The notes under the pieces are model-generated. The model was given only the letters and a program-made list of their open reading frames with translations. It ran no database searches and had not been told where the DNA came from. A program made the translations under genes and the position numbers. DNA of 40,217 nucleotides from Nemertoderma westbladi. Taxonomy: Eukaryota > Animalia > Xenacoelomorpha. The number at the start of each line of letters is the position of its first letter. Within the stretch, counting starts at the first letter, position 1. Below, piece after piece: positions 13,695 through 23,900 of the stretch. The stretch lies in NCBI GenBank assembly GCA_032718475.1, contig JAUCBJ010002929.1:1-40217 (forward strand), written 5' to 3'.

Positions 13695-14050
13695 AACTGT
13701 GAGGCATACAGCTCGTCCAACATAATTGGTTGGGACCACATAATTGTGACTGCAGAGATCAGACTCAGTTTGAGAGCCATAAAACCCAGGACAAGCAAGC
13801 AAATCAACTATGACTGGGAGCAACTCAGAACTGACAATGCAGAAAGGATGTTTACACAGTAGAAGTTCAAAACCGCTTTGAAGCACTTCAGTCAATGGAT
13901 GAAGACCAGTCCACCGATTCAATATACCAGAATAATAAAAGCCCACAAGGAATCAGCTAAGAGGCATATCCCCCAGAAACCCAAAGGAAAACAGTATGTG
14001 CCATGGCAAAACTCTTGAGGTTACTTGTAAGAGAGTAGATCTTAAGATAG
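13695..14050 (+). pseudogene. RTE LINE fragment (end of endonuclease and linker)
   Basis: CEAYSS...DHIIVTAEIRLSLRAIKPRTSKQINYDWEQL parallels CNAFT...DHCLIVAKVRLSLRAGRTTKSALPRYDWSSL of the RTE at 5400-5550. Confidence 0.8.
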
Positions 14051-15235
14051 CCTATTCGAAATCGTCAATAGACATGTTGATCACCAGGGAAGAACGAGAT
14101 CCATGGCTATAAGTAATGACACACATACTGGTACTGGTACCAGTCCCGGAACCAGTAAAAAATACAGTAATAAGAACAACTGTAATAGGCCTAGGCCTAT
14201 AATCCCCATAATGGCTGTTTTAAATGCTAGGGCAACTGCTATTGAGTTGCTCGAATTCGAGGATGCTCCTGTATCACGTTGTATACGCACTGAATTCGAA
14301 AGTTCATTCAGTCATTAGCTGATTAGACTGTGGCTGTTAGACTTGAAGAACAGAAGAAAACCTCAAAGGGAAGCAGGAAGCTCGTCAGTTAACAGTTTAA
14401 GACAAGATTTAGTCTGATTACTGGATTGAAATCAGAAAATAGACAGACTGCCTGTCTGTTATACTTGACAATTCAACTGTTATAATGCTGTAGGCCTAAC
14501 TAATGCAGTAATGTAGCCTATCATATACTACTGAAACTACTGTACCTGTCTGTGTCAGACTAACAGTAGCTCCATGTCAAAACAATTGACACTTTCGAAC
14601 CTGACTACATTGTAGCTAAACCACCACCATGGCGTTCTTGCCACTTGTAGCAAGATCGCCATCAATTCCACCAAAATGCCATGTATATTTCTCATTTTTT
14701 CCATTTCTGAACAAAACCATAATATTACATATTTAACAGAAATTGTTCAAACCACCGTTTTATATATTAAAATATGGCACTTAGGTAACATGATATATGT
14801 ATATACATATATTAAATATGTACACAGGCCTATTTATTTTAATATTCACATTTTTTATAATTAAAATAATGTTATGGGCAATTCCCATTTAATTTAATTA
14901 TTATACCGTTATTATACACATATTATTATTACCAGTTAAGTATATGTATAACGATAACCTAATAAGAGTAGGCAATCTGACATAGTTATTTCCATCCATG
15001 GAAATCGTAAAAACAAGAGCCATGCAAGGGAACAGCACACTTAACGCACTATATATATATATATTAAAATCCGGGATGGCCCCGGTGCTATAATAATATC
15101 CATTCAATATCAGATAAAAGCACATTGGCATTATAAATTAAAATTACGAGCATCACATACAATAATTGTAAAATTCGAAATAAAACAGTTCGTTAGATTA
15201 ATTACTCACATTAACATTTCTTTTAGTACTGATGG

Positions 15236-15846
15236 TCATGCAAAAGTGTTTAAGTTATATTTATTTAAAATATCAATACAATAAATAGATAAAAACTCCT
15301 CTTTGTGAGACATAAGATCATTACATGTTTTCTTAACTTTGTTGCCACAGTGTTTGGTAGAATAACTGGACACAGCTAGGGACAATAAGTTAGGTAACTC
15401 GTATTCCCATGACGAAATTTTATAAGAAGAGAACATATCTATGGTAGACCCAATACAATGATCACAGAGGATATTCGTGAAGAGCCATGTTATCTTAGAA
15501 TTTCCGGTATTGAATATCCGATGGATGAAATTGAATTGTTGTAGCCTTAGTAGCACCTCTATATTCAAGTCAAACAACAAATAACATATAGTTTGATATC
15601 TTGTTGTCTAAATGTAGAATCGAGCGCATAGCCTTTCTTATCTGTTTCGCAATAACATCAATGTTATTAGAAGATAGACTTGCTGCTCCATAGATAATAC
15701 TTGGGATACAAATCACATTCCATATCAGTTTGGTTATTTTTAAGGGGACATCAGTAATTGAAAACCCATTCCGGGTCATTTGAGCTGCATTACCCCAAAT
15801 CTTCCCATTTAGAAAAGAAAACATTGATGCTTGATCGCAAGGAATA
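15236..15846 (-). pseudogene. Decayed LINE RT C-terminal fragment
   Basis: LIWNVICIPSIIYGAASL...QIRKAMRSILHL...IEVLLRLQQFNFIHRI resembles the post-RT thumb region of LINEs. The frame is broken. Confidence 0.55.
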
Positions 15847-16020
15847 GGCACACTAAATGTCAAAATCTCTATTAAAGCTTCATAGGAAATTTCCTATAGA
15901 ATTATATTCCCTAAATGCCGTGGATTTTCAAAATTTTATTTTATTCGAATTAACTTTGTAAAGATTGCTTTGAGTTCTCATTCGTATTGGTTCTATCATT
16001 TGTACATCTATCGGTCAAGT

Positions 16021-16107
16021 GGTTCAGTAGCTCAGTCGGTAGAGCGTTGGAAATTATATGTGTAGTAGGTATCGAGTTCGAATCCTAGTAAGTGCGAATT
16101 ATTTTTT
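16021..16107 (+). ncRNA. tRNA-derived Pol III cassette in the 5' LTR (not a functional tRNA)
   Basis: A box TAGCTCAGTCGG (16028) in an intact D-arm GCTC/GAGC, B box GAGTTCGAATCC (16074), and T6 terminator at 16102-16107. Acceptor and T stems do not pair. Confidence 0.75.
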
Positions 16108-16164
16108 GTGCAGAATTTCAACTCATTTAAATTAACCGCTACAAATTAATTGCATTTGTCTGTA

Positions 16165-16428
16165 CCAATGAGACTGTAGTTATTTGATTGTAACCAATGT
16201 CGTGCAAGTTATATATTAGCTGGACCAATAGCTATCTTTAAAACCCTGTTAGAACCCATAGAACAATCGAGAATTTTCTCGATTGATTGCGGCACAAATT
16301 TAGTATATAAAGGTGCGATTTGTTCATTAGTTATCCAATCTCTACTTCTCAGATTATCTTATCAATATTCTGTCGTGCTTAGTTTAATTCAGATTACATT
16401 GTATTATAATTATATCTTCTGTAATAAA
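16165..16428 (+). promoter_or_regulatory. LTR Pol II core promoter and polyA signal
   Basis: CCAAT at 16165, 16194 and 16225; TATATAAAG at 16304; Inr-like TCATTAGTT at 16324; AATAAA at 16423. Confidence 0.65.
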
Positions 16429-17839
16429 GTCAGAATATTCTCTCAGCTTTTCTATCTGTTTTATCATGGATTCACTACGGTGAACAAAGCTAAGGGACAG
16501 GATGGCCAGCTAAAGATCGGGCCGCAGCAATGAACGGGAACATCGGGGGAATGTAGACGAGAGACAACCCGCAATACCATCTAGAGTTATTCGCCCATCG
16601 CCTGAAAGGTTAGACAGCGTTCGATCCTTGCTACCTAAGTATAAGACCAAAAGATCAAAAGGTAGACGTAGTGACACGCTGTAAGCCTAAAATTACATCT
16701 TAGGGACTGTACTGTCTTGATTCAGGAAAAACCGCAGTGGACCTTCATATTCCTACGGGGGAGGGAGAGAGAGCAGAGATACTAGTACGCAGATAGGACG
16801 TAGGCACACCGGTACAAGGCATACAAATGGTTAGGGTGCAGCAAACTGTACGCTTAACTCTTGCTAAGTACAGGTGCGTCTGTGACTATTTGCCGTACAA
16901 CGGTGTCCATTACATCAGAACTTGTAGGCTAGGAGGGTTATTGTGTTTTCACCTGAATTAGGATTGTACCGTTCAGGCGGTAGGGCAGTTTACGTACTAG
17001 GCGCAAATAAATTGAGGCTATTAGGGATACTAACATCTACCGTGTCCCCGCCAACGCCCTGATAGGAAGTTACCTGGACTACCTGGGTGACTAAAATTCT
17101 AGATAGGACGCCAGGATAGCTATTAGTAACTGTACGCCTACAGTAGTAAACTAACACATCTCTTCTTAGTATCAGGGACCTGGTACCTAAAATTGCCGAA
17201 TTCTGGGCGTAGTATTAACCTTATGCCTGAATTTGAGTCCTGGAAATACGCAAGAGGGGAAGGAACCTTATCATTCGTGAGTATTGGACCTACAAGTTAT
17301 AAAATTAGAATATTCGTAAAATGCACACTGTACCCAGTAATTATATATGTGAAGGAGCAAAACTGCTTTTGACCGTTCAGAATTAACACACGCGCGTTAG
17401 AAATTATTTACACCTCAAAATATATAAAATTAACTTTCGTCCTTACTGCACTTTGCTCGCTAGTTAGACATCTCCAAATCTCTGCCTGTACCTAGCTAGC
17501 GTCCCTTTGCCCAACCATATAAATCACACCGCGGCAAAGTATACGAGCCTCTTAGTCCGTCAGTGAGTCAGCCTGATTTTAGGATTCGCTGCGCGGGATT
17601 TTGTTTCATCGAAGTTTGTCTGCTTGTAGACTGTTTTCTGCCTCACCGGTTATAAGAGATACTGCAATATATTCGCTTACTTAGAGTTTACTGTTTTGGT
17701 GAGAAGGTCGGATTTATGATTTGATTCACAAACTTTACAGTAGGATATTGCAGGTATTGTTACTGTCTCTTCGAATAGTAGGAATATGTGATTTAACATA
17801 TTTCCTAGAATAGTAGGAATAGGCGTATCTCTTCAATTA

Positions 17840-17850
17840 GTAGGAATATG
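17840..17850 (+). promoter_or_regulatory. Putative non-tRNA primer-binding site GTAGGAATATG
   Basis: Directly abuts the 5' LTR end, lacks TGG, and is the exact reverse complement of CATATTCCTAC at 16746-16756. Confidence 0.55.
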
Positions 17851-18441
17851 TTTTACTGAACTACGGTTCGGTAGGACTAAAGTTATTTGAAAATTTTGTA
17901 TTTTGAGGTAAAATTTTATATTTGATTAGCTAAGTGCTAATTTTTTGAAATAAAATTTGATTTGAACCGCGTGTAAAATATTTTTGGAATTGAATACCGG
18001 TGTTTAAAGGGGTTTAAATACCATATTGTACCGGTACAAAATTTTTTGTAAAGTAAAACCTAACTCTTTTGTTTTTTCAGGATTCAGAACTCATTTCTAG
18101 ACTGTAACGGGAGCAAGACCGTGTTTAGCAAGTTTGGGAGATAGATAACTCAACAACTTTGGTTGGGAAAATCGCGTTTCGTCCGCAACGCTGAAAACGG
18201 AAAGGTTCACGTTCGGTTTGTATCTGGGAATCTGTTTTTCTGGAGAATTATTGGAGTGGGTGAGTTCGAAAAGTTGCATAAATAAGTTAGGCATTACCGT
18301 ATTAGTTAAAATTATTGTGGGTTCCACTGTCTCAAGTATTTATGCATTCCGTACGATTTCTTTGTTCATTGCTGAATTAGTCCGTATTATTGTATTTAAT
18401 TTACCTTTTGATAACGCATATCGTTATCCGATTTATTTGTT

Positions 18442-18566
18442 ATAAAATTGGCCGCTAGGCTAATTTTATTATATACTTATTCCGTGACATTTATTTGCTG
18501 TAAAATTGGCCGTTTAGGCTAATTTTATCCATCTGCTATAAAATCGGCCGGTAGGCTAATTTTATA
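18442..18566 (+). repeat. Three tandem hairpins AAAAT(T/C)GGCC-loop-GGCTAATTTT in the 5' leader
   Basis: Copies at 18442-18469, 18501-18527 and 18537-18566, just upstream of ATG 18650. Confidence 0.8.
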
Positions 18567-18649
18567 AGACTGTAATTAGTACCGTTTAGATATAAATACG
18601 GTAAACTCGATACTTTGACACTCACTTTACTTGACTTACAACTACCGAA

Positions 18650-20926
18650 ATGAGTGACAAACAAGACTATACAAAGAATACACCTACCGACTATGACTCG
18701 TGTGACGCGGATAAGTCAGCAGCGGAAGGACAACAGGGGAAGACTCGCGAGCCTACCGAACCTACACCGTGTGCGTCACCAGTACATCCAACGGGAGTAC
18801 CGGATGCCGTAGTACGAGGCGACGGCAGGACCGAGGACTTTCTAACTGTTCCGCAACCTAGATACAGGGAAACGGACATGGTAAGTTCAGCAGGAAGCCA
18901 GGAGAGTGTGGTTAGAAGCGTCGGTGGATACATGGCGCATATTACCAGGAGTATTGGAGAAGGTCATCGCATATTAGACGAGTTGACCGCTCCGATGTCT
19001 CGATTCGAGTTCTACACCCTCCAGGTTAGAGTGCAAACTAGAGTACACAAGTCCGTAGATAACCTAATTGGTCTACAAGATCTAGCTAGACAGAGACAGG
19101 ACATGGATACTCAACTTAGAATCCTCGAGAAACTAATGATCGCTAGAGAGAAACTGATTCAGTTTAAGTCGACGATTAGACAGATACAACAGGAACAAGC
19201 GGACCAGTTGTTAGGTGAGTCAGTTTCGGACGAATTATTACAGCCCGAGGAAGAACAGGAATTGTACCGATTGGATGGACAATTGAAACATCTGACGGAC
19301 CACTTACGTATGTGCGGCGAAGACGTCAGCGATTCGGAAACCGTGCCGGAATATACGAGGGAAACTTCACCCGTACAAATCGAATCGGCACCGGGAATAC
19401 TGGACCAATCGTTAGTGAGTATTCGCAGCGAAATTGGCGAGATAAGTATAGTGACGTCAGAAATTTCCAGACAGCAACAACAGCACGACAGACAACAACG
19501 AGAAGCGGAGGAACAAGCACAACTGTTGACGGCACAAGCAGCGATGCAAGAAGAGAAACTACGTGTTGCGAATGTTGCAAGAATCTCTCATCTGCAAGAA
19601 CAAGCCGAGTTGGAAGCAGCTGAGATGGAACGGTTGGAGCTAGAAATAGCACAGCGAACAGCGACAGCTGAGTTAGCGCAACAAGCGGCAGCAGCTGAGT
19701 TAGAACGACAAGCAGCAGCAGCGGAGTCGGAGCGACGAGCAGCAACAGCGGAACTAGAGCGACGAGCAGCGGAGTTGGAAGAACACAAGCGAGTTTCGGA
19801 AGCAAGAGCTGAAATGAAAAAACGGCAAATAAAGGCTCAATCAGCGATAAGACAAGCGGAGCTCGAGGCGCAACAACAACAGACGGAACAACGCGAGAAG
19901 GAAGTTAAACTTCATTTCGAACTCGGAAAGAAGGCGAGAGAATTAGCCAACGCGAAGGAAGATCTGGATCTACAAGCCCGCGATCGATCGATGAGATCTC
20001 GAGATGGACACGATCTAGACCAGTTAGAGGTAAGGCACCGCCAAATCCAGGAACGAATGAAGGAAGGTTCGGTAGGGGCACCTGGACGAGAAAGACAATT
20101 AGTTAAGGACTTATGTCAAAGATTCCCTCAGGTAACTCCTATGTTTGCACCTGTTACGACTAAGGAACCTGTTTCGATTGCTGGTAGCAGTGATATCTCT
20201 CCTATCCATGGTGTGACGGAACACAGGTTTGTTATTCCGGACAAGTTTACACCGCCAAGAGCAACGTCGTCGCCTATTCCAAAAGTCAAGGTAAGTAACC
20301 CGCCGATTACAGATCGTAGTAGTTTGTTGACTGGACCTGCACTACTGACGACTAAACAGGTGAGTCCACCGTCGACACCTAAACCTGTTACGCACTACGC
20401 TTTCCCAATGACGTTTAGGCCAACAAGGCCTTTGGATTCAAATGCTGTTATTCGCCCACCGGTTCAATTTACATCGCAATCTACGACTTCGAGGAAGACT
20501 TGTGAGCCTACCGAACAACGGAGACTAGTGGATACGCGACCGTTCAACCAATTTACATCGCAATCTACGACTTCGAGGAAGACTTGTGAGCCTACCGAAC
20601 AACGGAGACTAGTGGATACGCGACCGTTCAACCAATTTACATCGCAATCTACGACTTCGAGGAAGACTTGTGAGCCTACCGAACAACGGAGAACAGTGGA
20701 TATGCGACCGTTCAACCAATTTACATCGCAATCTACGACTTCGAGGAAGACTTGTGAGCCTACCGAACAACGGAGAACAGTGGATATGCGACCGTTCAAC
20801 CAATTTACATCGCAATCTACGACTTCGAGGAAGACTTGTGAGCCTACCGAACAACGGAGCGCAGTGGACGATGTTCCGAAACGGAACGTTAGAATTCGAA
20901 CGACGCAACGGACGCGAGCACGTTGA
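18650..20926 (+). CDS. gag: N-terminal part of the Gag-Pol polyprotein (coiled-coil E/Q/A/R-rich region plus 28-aa repeats)
   Basis: 758-aa ORF in the same frame as the downstream pol ORF and separated from it by a single TGA. Confidence 0.85.
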   Translation: MSDKQDYTKNTPTDYDSCDADKSAAEGQQGKTREPTEPTPCASPVHPTGVPDAVVRGDGRTEDFLTVPQPRYRETDMVSSAGSQESVVRSVGGYMAHITRSIGEGHRILDELTAPMSRFEFYTLQVRVQTRVHKSVDNLIGLQDLARQRQDMDTQLRILEKLMIAREKLIQFKSTIRQIQQEQADQLLGESVSDELLQPEEEQELYRLDGQLKHLTDHLRMCGEDVSDSETVPEYTRETSPVQIESAPGILDQSLVSIRSEIGEISIVTSEISRQQQQHDRQQREAEEQAQLLTAQAAMQEEKLRVANVARISHLQEQAELEAAEMERLELEIAQRTATAELAQQAAAAELERQAAAAESERRAATAELERRAAELEEHKRVSEARAEMKKRQIKAQSAIRQAELEAQQQQTEQREKEVKLHFELGKKARELANAKEDLDLQARDRSMRSRDGHDLDQLEVRHRQIQERMKEGSVGAPGRERQLVKDLCQRFPQVTPMFAPVTTKEPVSIAGSSDISPIHGVTEHRFVIPDKFTPPRATSSPIPKVKVSNPPITDRSSLLTGPALLTTKQVSPPSTPKPVTHYAFPMTFRPTRPLDSNAVIRPPVQFTSQSTTSRKTCEPTEQRRLVDTRPFNQFTSQSTTSRKTCEPTEQRRLVDTRPFNQFTSQSTTSRKTCEPTEQRRTVDMRPFNQFTSQSTTSRKTCEPTEQRRTVDMRPFNQFTSQSTTSRKTCEPTEQRSAVDDVPKRNVRIRTTQRTRAR
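20465..20868 (+). repeat. 84-bp (28-aa) in-frame tandem repeat, ~4.8 copies
   Basis: Units start at 20465, 20549, 20633, 20717 and 20801 and encode QFTSQSTTSRKTCEPTEQRR.VD.RPFN. Confidence 0.97.
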
Positions 20927-23900
20927 CCACCATATCCAGATGATAGTAGTACTTCGAGCGAATCGGATTACCCGAAACGCGAGGTATTTAGAACAGGGGC
21001 GGCCGATGAATACAAACGCGAGCGTTCAGACAACTCCTTTGCAGACAATCCTCCACAGAATACACCAACACAGAAGGCGTTACAACCAACAGACGCAATA
21101 AGTACACAACAGTTCGCCGACATCCTGCGACCAGTTGTTAACAAGTTGGCTCAGATCGAGGAGCGTCTGGAGGAAGGTTACACCGACAGTTCGAGAAATT
21201 CCGAATTCGAACACAATAGACACCCGAAGGAACCACAAAGACCGGTACCTTCAAACCCCACATCGTATCAGGGAAAAGCGCCAAGAAGGGATATCAACAA
21301 GGTTACCAACCAAGGACGCGAAACTCTGAACGTTGCCGAGGAGATAGCGAAATTCGCAGCCAGACAGGGATTGCCGGTGCAACAACCACCGAAGTTTTCC
21401 GGTAGCTCAAAACACTGGCATACTTTCGTAGACTATATCGAATCCCAGATCGCCGTGTGCGCCTTTACATCACGGGAGAAGTTCAATTACCTGCTCCAAA
21501 CGTTGTCAGGAGAACCTAAACGTTTGGCGGAGACCTTCGTTGGTGTCCCGGACGCTTTCGAACTAGCGTACGATCGTTTAACTTCGATATACGGAGGTAC
21601 AGTTAGTATGGCCAGGTCAGTAATAGAGGAACTCTGTAAGGGAGGGGCTATCACTAAACCCGTCGACTTATTAAAACTAGCTGACGAGATCAAGAACGCT
21701 ATCACTACCTTAAGATCCATTGGACAACTTGATTACGGGAATACCCCTACAGTCCTATTAAAGATCATAGGACGACTCCACCATCGACTTCGTCGGGAGT
21801 GGAGAAAGGTCGAATACCAGCGAGAAGAGCGGGGAGGATTCTTAAAATTAGAAGATGTGTACCTTTTAATATCCAGGGAGGCAGTAGTAGAAACTAGATC
21901 TAACTACACCGACCAGCACATCGTGGCAGAAGGAATCACATTGCCATCCTCCAACCGACAAAAACCCCAGACAACATCCACTAAGACGGCCACTTACGCC
22001 ACACCGACGGAATCACGACAATTCTCGGACGGAGGTAGGGTATCTGCGCCCATTGGGACAAAACAGACGAGACAACAACTCAGTACCGACTTCAGCGGCT
22101 GCCAATACTGCGAGCATTTAGGCAAGCGGTATATCGGTCACAAGTTACGAGGTTGTCGACAATTTCGCGAGTTGAACTCGGAAGAACGACGGCTGCAAAT
22201 ACGGCCATTGGACTCTTGTTGGCGGTGTACGCGACATGGACACGTCCGTAAAGATTGCCCCAATACCGACACTTGTCTATCCTGTGGACGCAACCACGAC
22301 GGTCTGCTCCACACAGACAGCCACACGCCGACGAAACGCTTCGCCAGGGAACACCCGGAAGCAGCAGCGAGATGTGATGCGGCCTACAAAAGGCGAGAAT
22401 CGAAAACGACTCCAACCTTCGTGACCCATATTGAGGATTGCTTCTCAGAACAATCCGGATCGTCGGACGAAGAGTTAGAAGACGACGACGAATATTCCAA
22501 TGGAGACGAACAACCGTCGATCGCGCTTCTGACTACTGACCAACTGAAGGGATTCAGTGTAATTCCGATTAAGGTTACTGGCACAAAGGGGAGTAAAAGA
22601 ATCTACGCGATTCTAGATTCAGCCTCATCTCACAGCTACGTGGACGAAAAGATAGCTGACGTAGTGACGGATCTTAAACAAGGTAAGTGCGTCAGTTATA
22701 CCGTAAGTAGTATGCACGGACAGCGTGCAATACCAGTGACACGAGTTAAGTTGGACTTAGACTCTCTTCTTCCAAAATCGCAGCACAGCGAGAGGGAGAG
22801 GTCTTTGTTGCCCTTTAAAGATCTAACCTTTGCGGCTACGAAGGACTTTAGTAACCTACTAGGTCCAGTGCCGGAACAATCTCTAGAGGACCGTAAGTAT
22901 TTCAGACACCTTGGTGTACCCGAATGTCCTGTCAATTATAGATCGGTAGCAATGCTGATCGGGACAGACCAATTCAACCTACATCAGGTGTGGGAAACCA
23001 GACCATCGGCAGTCGTAGCGGGAAACGCATACGCCTGCAGAACGCCGATAGGGTGGTATACTCGAGCGCCTGTGCGCACACTAGACGTAAGTGACGAGGA
23101 GGACGATGTACAAAGTACATGTAGTTTATTAACTACAAATTCAATTCATTCCTTTTCACACGACGTGAACCATACTACACTACAGTCGACAAAACATGAC
23201 AGACGTGTAACTAGTATGATAAGTCACAAGGAGCAGCTAACCCACCAGGTGAGTTTAGAACTTGGGGAGAAGACGAGTCAGCTAGAGATTCCATCGACGA
23301 CAGATGATAGGCTTGCGAGTCTACCTACCCCAATAACCTCAACAGTGCCCGTCGATATCGATGATGACGCGTTGAGAAATCATCAAATGGAACAAGCCGC
23401 TTTGGACAAAGAATTAACGGAGAAGACTATCAGGTGGTTAGAACAAGATACAGCTGAACCTGGTAGCTACGAACCTTGTATGTCGGAACAGGAGAAACAA
23501 TATCTGAAGATCATGGAAGATACTATCCACCAGACGAAAGACGGACATTATGAGGTAGGGATGTTATGGCGTAGCCAAAGCCCTAAACTCATAAACAACT
23601 ATCCACTAGCCTTGAGACGTCTACACTCAATACGGCAACGTTTATTAAAGGACGAGAAAGCCCATCTGCAGTACAACACCCAGATGGAGACGTATTTGAC
23701 TAAAGGATACGCTATCCGAATGACTAACCCGGAGATAGTGACTGACCAAACATATTACTTGCCACATCACTATGTGAGACACCCCGACAAACCAGATAAA
23801 GTACGCGTAGTCAATGACTGTGCGGCTCTGTTTGAGGGAATGTCCCTCAATAGTGAGTTGATGGATGGACCAAACATGAATAATTATCTTATGGGGGTGA

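Larger units (their letters stand above)
15895..17839 (+). repeat. 5' LTR (1945 bp), TATAGA...CAATTA
   Basis: Direct repeat of 31162-33094. By eye it differs by 3 substitutions, a 13-bp indel (~16864-16876) and a 1-bp indel near the end. Confidence 0.97.

Noticed and set aside
15347-15353. CACAGTG as the second Transib TIR
   Set aside because: It lies inside a LINE fragment, and the following bases do not match GGCCAGGGG.
16021-16096. Functional tRNA gene
   Set aside because: Acceptor, anticodon and T stems do not pair; only the D-arm and promoter boxes remain.
20465-20868. CRISPR-like array
   Set aside because: The units are contiguous and near-identical with no unique spacers. It is an in-frame coding repeat in a eukaryotic retrotransposon.
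21101-21146. Programmed ribosomal frameshift between ORF1 and ORF2
   Set aside because: Both ORFs are in the same frame; the only break is one stop codon.
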